A stretch of 64,000 nucleotides of DNA from Hormiphora californensis (GCA_020137815.1 CM035358.1:62001-126000), one strand, 5' to 3'; positions 24,336 through 36,959 are shown, counted from the first letter of the stretch. The notes: a model not told the origin generated them from the letters alone. Program-made: numbers and translations.

Positions 24336-25261
24336 TGTGTGTGAGAGAGAACGCTTTGTAGACATTGTGATCATGTCGAGATCCCAATTCCAGTCACGTG
24401 ACATTATAACGAGAAAGGGAGAGAGTGATACGTTAAAGTAGAGAGCATCTAGTCTGTCTGGTTTTTTACAGCTTGTTACCATTTCCAGACACCATGATCA
24501 TGTGTGCTGGTTCAAGATGGAAAAGGAGAGCTGTAGCCCTACAGTAACACGTGACGTATGCGTGTTCAAGGCCTCATTAGCCCACTAGATGCAGCTGGAC
24601 ATGTGATCTTTGAGGGGTAAAATGACCTAAATTTGGCCTAATTAGAGCGTGTTACATCACTTTAAACAGTTCCTGTGAACAAATGGTAAAATGTAGCAAC
24701 TCGTAAAGCAGACAAAACATTCGAAATCGTCTTATCTGTCTCTCCTAAAAATTTGAACTCTTTATCTCATTAGACTCCAGAGATATGACTGTGTAAAGTT
24801 GGAGGAGGTTTTTGGGCAATAGATTCATTCAGGAACATTGAAATTTGCTGTAAAACTAGGAGAAAATTGCTACAACCTAGTTTTATCATGTCCCAAAATT
24901 TGAAGTCGAAAGATGCCATAGTTTTCACGCAATTCGCAATATACCAGTCCCAGTCATTTAAAATCACACAGTATATTCAATCAAGACTTGCAGAAAGGTA
25001 TAAAGGGAACCTTCTGTAAGGAAGTACGTGATTGAGAATGATTTGACACAGTTCTGACCCACTAAGCCTATTGAAGGCAGAATGGTGCATATACTGTGGT
25101 TCAACACACTCTAGCCCACGATCTTCATCTAGTGACAAAGGAACGAAAACTGCAACTGCAGCCAGTCTTATTAGGACGTGTGGTTACCACTCCTAGGTGT
25201 TCTGTACGTTACACAGACTCGGACCCATGTGCCTCCTCCCCTTAACATGCAACGTCAAATA

Positions 25262-25405
25262 AGATAGGATAGGAGGTGAGGATAGGAGGGGCAAGGGGAG
25301 GATAGGAGGGGAGGATAGGAGGGGCAAGGGGGGGGGGGATAGGAGGGGCAGGGGGAGGATAGGAGGGGAAGGGGAGGATAGGAGGGGCAGGGGAGGATAG
25401 GAAGG
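25262..25405 (+). repeat. G-rich minisatellite (GGGGAGGATAGGAGGGGCA)n
   Basis: Read directly. Confidence 0.85.
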
Positions 25406-25754
25406 GCCATCTTGTATTAGAACCTATGATACGTGATTCCCCACTATGTATCTATCTATTACATATACCAAAACTTATTGAAATTAGTAGGCCAGAAAGG
25501 TTGCCTTAAGATTTGAGCTACCTTAGGCACCGTAACTTTTACGGGGTATAGACAGGGTACAGATGCTTCGTTTATCTTCAAAAGGAAATGTACCGGTGCC
25601 AAAGGTAGCTCAAATCTTAAAGGGTCTAAAAACCCAAATTTTATTTATTATGCCAAAAACTAACAGAAATTAGTTGGCTGGAAAGGTGACCACTTTTGTT
25701 GTCAAACTGACACCTTTGCCATCTCCGGGTTATATCAGATCACTATCTTTCCCT

Positions 25755-25839
<85 letters not shown>

Positions 25840-27123
25840 AAACTCCCTGATTTACCCCATCGATGATATCCGTAACCCGGGCCGGGCAAAGGTGTCAGTT
25901 TGACAACAAAAGTGGTCACCTTTCCAGCCAACTAATTTCTGTTAGTTTTTGGCATAATTGGGTATATTTTTGGTATTTTCTGATGTGAAATACGAAGTAA
26001 GACACGTCTGGAAGTAGCAGAATGTGTAAAGACCGTCAGGAATCGCTAAAACACGAAAATTTTGATTTCGACGTCATTATGACGTCATAGCGTGACGTCA
26101 CGACGTTATAGCGTCATGATAGTGAAGTAGTATTATCAGGCTTACCTAGATAAAGATGCTGACCAAGTTTGAGATCGATTGGACAAGAATTGAGGTCGCT
26201 ATGGCGAAAAACGCACTATCGTCATATCTATTTTCATACAGTCTTAAAACTTCAGACGCGATTTAAGACCCTTGGAAATAGAGTTTCACAAATTCGCAAT
26301 ATAGTTTCTTAAAGTTTAGACGATTATCTTTCATAAGTGTGATCTCCGTTTTCCAATCAGAAGCCGTCTTCAGGGTGTAAATTGAGCTCAAAGAAATTTG
26401 GTCGATTTGAAAAATGTCTTAACTTTATGACAGTTTTTAAGGACGTTCTGGTTGGACCTAGAACATGAAAACCGTCCAATAACACAATTCAAACGATTAT
26501 CTTTTGAATGATTCAAACGAGAAGTGTCTATCTCTTGTAGTTTTTCCAGAAAATTGTCTGCAAATTGTGTAAAAAAGCGTCTATATGTAGTTGAGCCACG
26601 GAGGAGATATTTGAAAGTGAATTCAAAAGGACTTATATTGTATGTTTGGGCACACAGTTCACATAGTAGGGTGATTTTTACATTCTCTCTCTGTGTCGAT
26701 CAGCCGGAAATTTTTGTGCGACCGCAGCGCGCCCTTGGCTCGAATGACGTCATCCCGCGAATGACGTCATCTCACTTCATATTTTCTTCTATTATTATTC
26801 TCTTCTACTTAGCACTACACTGGACACACACTCTACCCACAACCAACTCTCAACTAACTACTTTTTACTTTAATCTAATGTTGCTATCCACTAACACACT
26901 TTTATTTTTTACTTCGGGTCAGTCCTTGTTTCCGTTGTTTTGTGTAGTATCTTTGTCAGTGCCCAAGAAGTTGAATCATGATCGGAGAGAGGGCCCAACT
27001 CTTGTCCCCAAGGCGCTACAGATCTACGGATACCAACCCCAGGACCGTGATCAAGACCCACCCATTCTGGAAAAACTGCAATCCAGACACTTTGGAATCA
27101 GAAACTGCGTTCGCCAAGTGTAC

Positions 27124-29421
27124 ATGGTGAGCACGGAACAAGGCACCAAATCCTCAGAAGGAGGTGTTGATGTGGTCATCACACCGCCCCCTACTTCTTC
27201 TCCTTCTCCTTTTCCATCCCCTTCCTCGGCGGCACTGAATAACTTGGAGGTTGAAAATGTGTTTGACCCTTCAAAATCCCAAAGCAGCACCCCCAACAAA
27301 TCTCCTGGCCCGACGATAACGGAAGCGGACTTAGTATCCCCTGAAAAACGAAACTGTAGCCTCGTGGTACCAGTCAAGACACCAAAAGTAGATTACCGCA
27401 CATCCCCGGGAGAGAATGTTCTGGTCTCCCGACTGAGACCGAAACACAGATCTCGCACATTGTCTACATCACCCATGGGAGAGAAAAAGAAGCGGGATCA
27501 AAAGGCTAAAACAATATCAGAACCCGGTTGGTACGAGATAGATTCCAAAAAGTCTGCCAGAATTGGGTTACACCGGGAGCATTTTCCGGTCTACTCATTC
27601 ATTGAAGAATGCAGTAACTTGGGGTTTCTTGACACAGAAGGAGCGACCAACCCAATTGATCTCCTGGCCCAGGAAGTACCCTCAAGTCTCCATATCATCG
27701 CCAAGAATACCACAGGAGCTCTTGGGGAAGTATTTGATATTTCTGTCGACTTCTCAGTTGCCCAGTTCTGCGCCCTCCAGCCTGGCTCGAAGCCTAAATA
27801 CCAACCTATCAACAGAAAGGGTAAGGGCGAGGACCCAACCATTGCAGTACTATGCCTTGGAACTGACGAGAGGTGCTTCTTGTTGAGAAAGAAGAGAACT
27901 ATCAGGAAATGCTCCCTGAAAGCAGGTGACATGCTTCTTGTTAGCGGCGACACCCATGACGTCGAATGGTCTGTTGAGAAAGAGGGCGTAACAGGCGACA
28001 ACACTCCTAGCTGTTGCTTCCTCTTCCTTGGGGGATCTTACTCCCCTTGCCCTAACATGATCTCGGGTAGCGAGAGTGGAAGCGCCCAGTCTGATTACCC
28101 GGAATCTGACACACCCCTAAGCGACTATGTTGCATCTATAAATGGAGATCTCGATGCGATTGAAACACCCTCCCTGACGAGGGATTCTATCATCCTGCTA
28201 TCACAAACATCCAATGAAGCCAAGCCGACCCCTGAACCCCCGTCCCCCGGGGCCCCTCCGCTAGAGCTACATGAACTAGATCTCCAGCCTCCACTCACAA
28301 ACCTCAACTCACCCACAGACCTTCCACTGACACCTCTTGAAACCACTATCATACAGAAAACAGAGATTGGCATAATTGACGTGAAGACAGAGATCGACTC
28401 ACTGAAAATGGAGCTGAAGGAAGTTAAAGCCCTGGTTTTGGACCTCACGCAGAAGCCCAGCATGGAAAGGACAATATCAGAACTGTCAAAGCAAGTAAAG
28501 CAAATAACCACCATGTTTGAAGCGGATAGTTTAGGTGACAAGCTTGAGAAAATGTGTCTTGCAGTGGAGAAGAAAGTGGTATCCATGACTGAGCAAGCTG
28601 ATGAGGCTCAAAAGTACCTTGAAGAAACTAAAAACGACCTCTGCAAGTACTACAATAGCGCTTTCTTTCAAGAGGACAGCAGACTTATCAAGGAACTACA
28701 TGAAAAGGTCTCAAGGATAGAGTCGGTGCCACCACCACAACTACCACCGGCTAAAGCGCCATCATGGCCAGATAGACGAACAACGGAGCCAAGAAGAACC
28801 ACAGAACCCAGCAGATCCCAAATCACCATCAAAGGGAAACTCCCAACCTTCTCAGAAAGACCCCGTAACTTAAAAACTGTTCTAGTAACGGACAGCATAT
28901 TGAGACACGTAACCAGCGATGATGCCCTGGGGACCGGGCACTCTCTAAACGTCATTCATAGAAGGTCATGGGAAACACTGAACCACAAGTCTCGTGAGAC
29001 ACTAGACGAACTAATAACTATACAACCACACTTCATCTATATCCACCTTGGGGTAAATGATCATTACTTCTTGCAGGATGAGGAGTTTGCATCTGATGAA
29101 GTATGGGTGAAAGCCACCGAATTCCTGCAAAAACTCGAACAGGAACTGCCCAATGTCAGCATAACCGTTTCCCTGCCAATTCTCACCAATCACAGCTCCT
29201 CGAATACGAGGCTCATCCAATTTCGAGTCAAAATGAGGAGCTTTTGTCAAGAGAATAACTTTTGTTATGAGAACCACAAGAACTTCAAGGCCCACCTCCT
29301 TGCAAGCGATGGTCTTCACCCCAGTGACAGAGGCAAAGATCTGCTCCTGAATAACATGAGATTCAAAATTCACTTTCTAACTAAACACTTAACCACCACA
29401 CCTGCCCTGACGGACTGCTAA
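27124..29421 (+). CDS. LINE ORF1: degenerate AlkB-like domain, coiled coil, SGNH esterase
   Basis: DPTIAVLCLG..LKAGDMLLVSG (27829-27950); heptad region; LVTDS, IHLGVND and DGLHP SGNH motifs. Start uncertain (frame open from 26524; ATG 27124 chosen). Confidence 0.75.
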   Translation: MVSTEQGTKSSEGGVDVVITPPPTSSPSPFPSPSSAALNNLEVENVFDPSKSQSSTPNKSPGPTITEADLVSPEKRNCSLVVPVKTPKVDYRTSPGENVLVSRLRPKHRSRTLSTSPMGEKKKRDQKAKTISEPGWYEIDSKKSARIGLHREHFPVYSFIEECSNLGFLDTEGATNPIDLLAQEVPSSLHIIAKNTTGALGEVFDISVDFSVAQFCALQPGSKPKYQPINRKGKGEDPTIAVLCLGTDERCFLLRKKRTIRKCSLKAGDMLLVSGDTHDVEWSVEKEGVTGDNTPSCCFLFLGGSYSPCPNMISGSESGSAQSDYPESDTPLSDYVASINGDLDAIETPSLTRDSIILLSQTSNEAKPTPEPPSPGAPPLELHELDLQPPLTNLNSPTDLPLTPLETTIIQKTEIGIIDVKTEIDSLKMELKEVKALVLDLTQKPSMERTISELSKQVKQITTMFEADSLGDKLEKMCLAVEKKVVSMTEQADEAQKYLEETKNDLCKYYNSAFFQEDSRLIKELHEKVSRIESVPPPQLPPAKAPSWPDRRTTEPRRTTEPSRSQITIKGKLPTFSERPRNLKTVLVTDSILRHVTSDDALGTGHSLNVIHRRSWETLNHKSRETLDELITIQPHFIYIHLGVNDHYFLQDEEFASDEVWVKATEFLQKLEQELPNVSITVSLPILTNHSSSNTRLIQFRVKMRSFCQENNFCYENHKNFKAHLLASDGLHPSDRGKDLLLNNMRFKIHFLTKHLTTTPALTDC

Positions 29422-29442
29422 TCTCCCCGTCCCCTTAGACCC

Positions 29443-32400
29443 TTGTGCAAAATCAATTATTTTATAATGAAGTCAAATCGGTATGTAAGTAACTCTCTGA
29501 GAATTCTATCCTGGAATATAGCCTCGATAACCTCAAACGGCACAACCAAGCTTGCAGATAAAGACACAGAAAGGCTTCTTAGCTCACATGACATAGTTTG
29601 CCTACAGGAGGTCTGGAAGCAGGTACCGGTTACTAACTTCAGAGGCTACTTTAGCCTCAGGCACAACACTAACTCCGGAGGAGTCGCTATACTAATTAAA
29701 AACAACTTATCACCGGGTCTATCCATCATCAAAACCAGCAACCCGGACATCCTGGTAGCCCAGCTCGATCATACCTTCTTCAACGTGAAACGAGATATCT
29801 ACATCATCAACGTCTACGCCCGGCCTGAGAACTCATCCGGTGACTCCATCAGTACTGGGGTCAACACCATTCAGGACTGCTACGATACTATATGTAAGCT
29901 TCCAGCTAATGTTGAAATCCTTCTTTGCGGTGATTTCAACGCCAGAATTGGAGCGGCACTCTGCCAAGTGACGGAGTTCGAAAACACTCATGTGCCTGTT
30001 TCACCCCAGTATGAAGCTGACACAATTCTACCCCGGACCTCACAAGATAGCGATACAAACAAGCAAGGAAAGTACTTCACGGATTTAATCACCGATAACC
30101 AATTAGTCATCCTGAACGGCCGAACTTTGGGTGACCTAACAGGAGCCTTTACTAGTATTCAGAGACAGGGCTGCTCCGTAGTTGACTATGTTGCTACGTC
30201 GCGTGAGCTCTTCCAATCCGTTGAGCACATGAAAGTAGGCAGCCTCCTCCCCACCTCGGACCATCGTCCTCTTACTACCCTTTTAAGATGTTCGTTTCAA
30301 GCCAACTCTATAGGAAGCATGGAACGCTCTTACAATAAGGCCCCCAGTAGGTTTATTATTACAACCACGGGAAAATCTCTTTTCCGAAATCTTCAGAAAG
30401 AGTCTGATACTGCACTCACAGATATCACCAACAAACTAGCGGACCCCTCTGATCCTGTTCTAGCATACACGGAGATGGTAAACCACCTCCGCAGACTCTG
30501 CAACACTTCATTCAAGGTATCAAACCCAGGATCTAAAAAAGCCCACTCTACTCAACCGTGGCACAATCGGAACATCAAGGAGGCGAGGAAACTACTAGGA
30601 AAAGCAACTTCTCTTACGGACTCATTCCCAGATAAAAGCAAGCTTAAGGAACTTTACTACCGCATCAAAGGCAGGTACAAAAAACTCATCAGAAATTCAA
30701 AGACTCGATACACATCGAAACTCAACAAAGACATCGAGGTTGGAAAAATTCTTAACTGGCAAGGGTTTCACAAGGTAAAGAAACTTAAGACCCACAGTGA
30801 GCAGTTTAATACAGTAGATATGGAGAACTTTGAATCCTTCTTCACAAATCTATACTCCGATACCCATGCATCTTTAACAGTTGAGGAGAAAAACACTATG
30901 CTCCAAGAAGCCGATGAAATCAACCAACACAACTCCAGAAACCAAGATGAAGCTGCCCTTGCTCTTAACACTGATATCTCCATACAAGAAATATCAGGTT
31001 GCATTCGTAGCCTCAAGTGTGGAAAAGCTGCTGGAGATGACATGTTCTCCAATGACATTCTGAAGATCCTTGATGAACGACACGTCGACATACTTACCGA
31101 AATACTCAACAACTGTTTCAGGACTGGAACTTATCCCTGGACGAATAGCATCATCACACCCTTACACAAAAAAGGTCCACGTGGAGACCCCGACAATTAT
31201 AGAGCTGTGTCGGTAGGTAGTGCTATAGGAAAGATATTCAGCACGGTCATGCTAGACAGGTTAGTCCAGTTCAGAGAAGTAAAGTGTCCTGATCCCATCA
31301 ACCAACTAGGTTTCAAAAAGGGAGCACAAACGTGTGATCACGTCGTTTCCCTCATGACCCTTGTTCAAAAATATCGCAAGAGCAAGACCCCTCTCTTTGC
31401 CACTTTCGTCGACTACAAAAAAGCGTTCGACAGTGTTCCACGTCAGGCGCTTTTCCTAAAACTATCGAAACTCGGTATATGTGGAAACTTCTTCAATGTT
31501 CTCCGGAATATGTACTCCAACTCAACAGCCCAAATAAAACTGTCGGGTCACCTTAGTCATAGATTCAGGATACTTAAAGGGACTGAGCAGGGCCACCCGC
31601 TCAGTCCTGAACTATTTAAACTCTTTCTCTTGGAGCTCTCTGACACCTTAAACACCAAAGACCACAAAAACCCACCCCACCTGGGAAAGATTCCAGTAAC
31701 CCACCTATTATGGGCGGATGACCTGATCCTACTCTCTTTGAACATTCAAGACGCCCAAGAACAAGTCAATAAACTCCACAATTACTGCCAAAAGTGGGGA
31801 CTCGAAGTCAATAGCCTCAAAACTAAACTCATGACCTTCAACAACCGTCACAATCTGCAATTCTCTCTGAAGCTAGGTCATGAAGCTATTCATCAAGTGG
31901 AAAACTACTGCTACCTTGGACTGAATATTTCATCGACTGGAGACTTCAGTAAAGCCGCCTCAAGTGACCTCACCACAAAGGCAACCCGGGCCATGTACGG
32001 CTTGCGTGGCACCATTATGAAGGAGCAGCTTTCCTTCAAATCAACACTTAGCCTTTTCAACGCCCTCATCAAACCGATTGCACTTTACGGAGCGCCGATC
32101 TGGTCACCCCAGCTGCCGGAGGCCAAGACTACCATCAAGAATATTGGCTCCAATGACCCTACTTTAATTAGGAAACTCTCAAGCAGCAAACTTAACAGAT
32201 TGCATCTCTCTTATCTCAAGTGGACAATGGGAGTCAACAGGAAGACTACAAACGCCGCAGTTTATGGAGACACCGGCACACGACCCCTATCTCTAGAGGC
32301 TTTGGATATCACCATTAAATACCTCCAACGGATAGCCAAGCTACCATCCAGTGGAACCAGCCTCGTACATCAAGCCTATCTTGAACAAAGGACACGAGAC

Positions 32401-33060
32401 CTGCCGTGGTACAAATCCCTACGACCTCTCCTAGAGAGAGACCCAATTTACAACCAGGATCATGTATCGGCCTACAAAACACTCACTTCAAAAACTAACC
32501 TCACGCCAAACCCCACTTATTTACCCCCCACTCTCGACGTCAAACCTCTAATTTCCCAGAAGTTTCGGACAAATATAATCCTTTCATGCCTGAGGGACAC
32601 CTTCAACGGGAGTTGGGTAGCAGCGACAACCAACTCCTCAAAACTCTCGTTTTACAATACCTGCGAAAAGTTGGACCAACCTACCTTGAGATCGTACCTG
32701 GGACTGAACAACTTCAACTACCGATCTTCTATCGCTAAACTGAAAAGCAGCTCCCACCCTCTCAAAATAGAAACCGGCCGGTTCACCAACATCCCCAGAG
32801 ACAATCGCTACTGCCCCTGGTGCGAGAGCTTGAACATCTATGAAGTAGAGACTGAGGAACATGCTCTGGACCACTGCAGCCTCTACGAAGACAGCCGAGA
32901 CAACTTGAGGAAAGACCCGGAAATTTTCCTTTTATCACATCACTCACTCACGAACATCTTCCTCAATCTTCATAACTACACCCCGCGGATCGCAGGCCTG
33001 GTGGCGTGTTTTACTCACGCCATCATTTCAACTCGCGAAAAATTTACTAAAGGACATTAA
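29443..33060 (+). CDS. LINE ORF2: APE endonuclease + reverse transcriptase + C-terminal zinc finger
   Basis: SWNI..LQE..GDFNA..DY..SDH; NYRAV..QLGF..FVDYKKAFD..GTEQGHPLSP..WADD; IETGRF..CPWC..EH..C; 1205 aa, uninterrupted. Confidence 0.95.
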   Translation: MCKINYFIMKSNRYVSNSLRILSWNIASITSNGTTKLADKDTERLLSSHDIVCLQEVWKQVPVTNFRGYFSLRHNTNSGGVAILIKNNLSPGLSIIKTSNPDILVAQLDHTFFNVKRDIYIINVYARPENSSGDSISTGVNTIQDCYDTICKLPANVEILLCGDFNARIGAALCQVTEFENTHVPVSPQYEADTILPRTSQDSDTNKQGKYFTDLITDNQLVILNGRTLGDLTGAFTSIQRQGCSVVDYVATSRELFQSVEHMKVGSLLPTSDHRPLTTLLRCSFQANSIGSMERSYNKAPSRFIITTTGKSLFRNLQKESDTALTDITNKLADPSDPVLAYTEMVNHLRRLCNTSFKVSNPGSKKAHSTQPWHNRNIKEARKLLGKATSLTDSFPDKSKLKELYYRIKGRYKKLIRNSKTRYTSKLNKDIEVGKILNWQGFHKVKKLKTHSEQFNTVDMENFESFFTNLYSDTHASLTVEEKNTMLQEADEINQHNSRNQDEAALALNTDISIQEISGCIRSLKCGKAAGDDMFSNDILKILDERHVDILTEILNNCFRTGTYPWTNSIITPLHKKGPRGDPDNYRAVSVGSAIGKIFSTVMLDRLVQFREVKCPDPINQLGFKKGAQTCDHVVSLMTLVQKYRKSKTPLFATFVDYKKAFDSVPRQALFLKLSKLGICGNFFNVLRNMYSNSTAQIKLSGHLSHRFRILKGTEQGHPLSPELFKLFLLELSDTLNTKDHKNPPHLGKIPVTHLLWADDLILLSLNIQDAQEQVNKLHNYCQKWGLEVNSLKTKLMTFNNRHNLQFSLKLGHEAIHQVENYCYLGLNISSTGDFSKAASSDLTTKATRAMYGLRGTIMKEQLSFKSTLSLFNALIKPIALYGAPIWSPQLPEAKTTIKNIGSNDPTLIRKLSSSKLNRLHLSYLKWTMGVNRKTTNAAVYGDTGTRPLSLEALDITIKYLQRIAKLPSSGTSLVHQAYLEQRTRDLPWYKSLRPLLERDPIYNQDHVSAYKTLTSKTNLTPNPTYLPPTLDVKPLISQKFRTNIILSCLRDTFNGSWVAATTNSSKLSFYNTCEKLDQPTLRSYLGLNNFNYRSSIAKLKSSSHPLKIETGRFTNIPRDNRYCPWCESLNIYEVETEEHALDHCSLYEDSRDNLRKDPEIFLLSHHSLTNIFLNLHNYTPRIAGLVACFTHAIISTREKFTKGH

Positions 33061-33281
33061 CCGGCTTAGCTGCCTCACACCACTTAGAACAAACTCCACT
33101 ACACTCCGGCCTAGTAATCTGAATAATTATTTATTACTGTGTATATCCCCAGAATCTGGAGCACCAACCTGACACCCTCTGTCCTTGGATGTCGACAGGT
33201 TGATGCTCCAACATTCTTACGCACCGGGAAACCCGTGCAGAATTATTTTAAAACCGTGTCAAAAAACCGTGTCAAACCGTG

Positions 33282-33409
<128 letters not shown>

Positions 33410-33428
33410 CAAAAAATATCGTAAACAA

Positions 33429-33906
33429 CATCGTAACAAGCATGCTATTGGAGTCCCAAAAGACATAGTTATACGCCCCACGGACCCAAGGGGAGCCCCA
33501 CAAGTTGGGGCCAGTTGGGGTCCCCTTGTAAACGCGCTTGTACTCCTTGAAATTCTAACAATATGATTCTCTCTCAAATTTGAATTTTTGGGTAAAATTA
33601 GCCTTGTGTTTCAGGTGAGTACATTATAATCTTTCTTGTCTCTGTATTCTGGTAATTTTTCTCTTAGTTTTGATAGGCTTAAATAATAATTGATGAGAAA
33701 GATTAGGAAATCTACTAAAACACAAGGATCATTTCTATCCTAAATTTTATATTTGAGAGAGGATCATATTGTTAGCATTTCAAGGAGTACAAGCCCAAAT
33801 GTACCCAAATGGTCCCCAACTTGAGGACCTTCCCCTGGGCTCACCTGGGGTCAATGTGGCATGTGCCTATGTTTTTTGGAACTCTAATAGCATGCTTGTT
33901 ACGATG
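33429..33906. mobile_element. Diverged foldback MITE
   Basis: CATCGTAACAAGCATGCTATT vs AATAGCATGCTTGTTACGATG, with imperfect inner arms. Confidence 0.6.
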
Positions 33907-34742
33907 GAGTGTTCAAAATAAATAAATAAAATTTGGGTTTTTAGGCAACTTTTCCGGCCTACTAATTTCAATTAGTTTTGGTATAATCTGCATCATTTTG
34001 GGGATTTTTTATCCATGTAGATTTAGTAGAATAGGTACAGAGAGGTTGGAATCGCGAAATTGAGAAACTTTCATTTTCGACGTCATTTTGACGTCACGAC
34101 GTTGTAACGTCAAAATTATGACGTCATATTATCGGGCCCGCCTAAGTGAAGATACTGACCAAGTTGTATCGATTGGATGAGATTTGAGTCCGCTATAGCG
34201 AAAAAACCCATAGCATCATATCACTGCGCTGGAAAGCGCAAAGGTGACCACCACCTCCCCCAGCCGCGCGTGCCAGAAAGCAGTAATAAGTTTTTTTTCA
34301 GTTTTTAGCGAAAAATGTCATTTTGCGAGGCCCATAGCGAAGCCCCCACTGCACCAATCGGTCTGAATTTTGGTATACAGTGTCACGTAGACTAGATCTA
34401 ATGGGGTTTAAAAGGACAAGTCTCTATCTCTTTAAGTTTCAGAGTTATGTCATGGTGAAAAAAGCAATAAATGTCCCGGGTCTATATCTTACTATATAAT
34501 GCAAAAACACCCGAAACTTGATCCCACCCATGCATGTTTGGTGGTCCCTAAATCGTCGTCATCAAGATCAGATCACGTAACAAGTAGCATGCTAGGAGCA
34601 CCCCACATGCATGATCAGATCACCCCACTGAGGATCAGATCCCCTCACCCAAGATCAGATCATCCCATAGAGGATCAGATCACCCCACCCATGATCAGAT
34701 CACCCCAGTGACTATCAGATCATCCCAGTGAGAGAGAGAGCG

Positions 34743-34842
<100 letters not shown>

Positions 34843-35814
34843 GGACAGAGAGGGACAGAGATAGAGATAGAGAGGTAGGACTAAGAGGAAACTGAGAAGT
34901 GAGAGTTTTATGCCATCCGTAGGATGGCCTGGGTCCACTAGTATCCATATATCCATATACATATCCGGTACTGGAATTGCTGCTGCAGCAGGCCACAACA
35001 GGGTCTATTCCTAAGGTCGCCCCGAATCCTCCTTTTACTCTCTAAAATATTCCGCACTTTGACCAACATGCAAACAAATGCTTGTCGTGTGTCCTTTTCT
35101 CATCGTATCAAGTTCTAATAAACACCATCTTTTAGAAAATTTAATTCTGAGTTTGCTGGTGAAAACTAGGTTTAATTTGGAAAACAACAAGCAAAATGAC
35201 AGCAAAAACCGCGTCCGACTACCAAAATCAGTCACACTAACCAAGCATTTTGTTTTGATTGTAGCTCAGGAACTAAAACCGATCTCAAAAATCGGCCACA
35301 TGTCCCACCTAGAACTTTGTCTCATCTTTCCCATGGTACCGGAGTTGTACAGATTGGGCCAATACCCATGATTTCTATAAAGAAAAACAACGAAAAAAGC
35401 AATTTTGCTTCAAAATCACACTGCTCTCTCCTCCAAATTAAGGTCGCCCCAAACGTATTTGCCTATGTATCTCTCCCACTCACTAGTTAACACCACAATC
35501 TCACCAATCTGGTTTGGCTCTCGAGATGGGAGAGAATGTGAGAACAACGTAGCGAGGGAGAGAGATACATACCAAAATACAAAATAAGGTCGCCCCAGTA
35601 GTATGTTCGTATGTATCTCTCTCTCCCCCACTGCCGAGATGAGTGAGAATATGACAACAACGTAGCGAGGGAGAGAGATACATACCAAAATACAAAATAA
35701 GGTCGCCCCAGTAGTATGTTCTTATGTATCTCTCTCTCTCCCACGACTATGGTGCTCGAAATGGCTCATGTTGAATTGAGTCGTCTTTCTGTGTTAAATT
35801 ATAAAAAGCGAACT

Positions 35815-36200
35815 AAAAGTGAGAAGAAATTGAAGTGAAAACAAAGTGAAGTGAAAAAAAAGTGAAGTAAAAACAAAGTGAAGTGAAAAAAAAGAGATGT
35901 GAAAACAAAGTGAAGTGAAAATAGGTGAAGTAAAAAAAATTTGAAGTGAAAACAAAGTGAAGTGAAAACAAAGTGAAGTGAAAAAAAAATGAAGTGAAAA
36001 AAATGTGAAATGAAAACAAAGTGAAGTGAAAAAAAAGTGAAGTGAAAAAAAAGTGAAGTGAAAACAATTACAAAGTGAAGTGAAAAAAAAGTGAAGTGAA
36101 AAAAATGTGAAGTGAAAAAAAAGCGAAGTGAAAAAAAAGCGAAGTGTAAAAAAAGTGAAGTGAAAAAAAAGCGAAGTGAAAAAAAAGTGAAGTGAAAAAA
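35815..36200 (+). repeat. (AAAAAAAGTGAAGTG)n array inside the left TIR, mirrored at ~50090-50470
   Basis: Read directly on both arms. Confidence 0.9.
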
Positions 36201-36447
36201 TTTTGATTTGACCTCTTGGTGAGTCTCGTGCTCTAAATGGCTCAGGTGGCTCAGGCTCAGCTGCGCGCGAAACGATGAAGGTCTATGTCGCCGCGCGTTA
36301 CATCAACTCATTGAGCTGTGTGTGACATGTGGGTCAAAACTCAAAACTTTCCAAATACCCGGCAGTACGCATTGAAGACGGTGTTGTATGTCGTCCTTAA
36401 TACATGTGTATGCCTGTCTTGTACACATACATGTTGGTGTGCGTGTT

Positions 36448-36481
<34 letters not shown>

Positions 36482-36959
36482 TGTGTGTTTGATTGTGTAT
36501 TTGATTGTTCGTAAGTTGTTATACATGGCCGTGACTGTTAACACTTTCTTCCCAATCAGACTCACAAAAGCCATAATCTACCATTATGCTACTCGAACCA
36601 GAGCATGGAAAAGAACCCTCTGTTAGACAATAAGTCTGTATTTTGGTGAGATCGGTATTGCTGGAATGTTTTGGTTAATAACCCATCACCCAATCACCCC
36701 ACCCGGCATCCCTCCCGTTTCACCCCACGGTTTAGAGGCATTGTTTGTAACTAATGGTCGGAGCAGTCAGATCACTTTAAAACAAGGGCAAAGAACCCGC
36801 TTATCGAGAAGGTTCCATGCTCTAAAGGACAAGTCGTGTATTTAGAGGGGGTGCCTCAAAACACCCAAGTAATTAATAAAGAAAAACTAACTTCTAGTTC
36901 AAGATATAACTGGTCACATAACGCTTAAAAACTGTTTATATGAAAACATTACAGACTTT

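Larger units (their letters stand above)
22092..24971. mobile_element. TA-flanked foldback element with a Helitron inserted in its left arm
   Basis: TA|CTGTGTGATTTTAAATGACTGGG..CCCAGTCATTTAAAATCACACAG|TA; arms 23786-24300 vs 24360-24890 around a (GA)n core. Confidence 0.8.
26800..33135 (+). mobile_element. Near-full-length two-ORF non-LTR retrotransposon, RTEX-like
   Basis: Open ORF1 and ORF2 with 21 bp between them; AAT-rich end ~33120-33135; ends approximate. Confidence 0.85.

Noticed and set aside
25150-25260. HDV-like ribozyme at the putative RTE 5' end (minus strand)
   Set aside because: I could not assign the nested double pseudoknot by eye; needs an RNArobo/Infernal search.
26524-27123. 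N-terminal 200 aa of the 965-aa ORF
   Set aside because: Begins at GTG in repeat-derived DNA and crosses a probable LINE 5' UTR; likely a fortuitous open frame.
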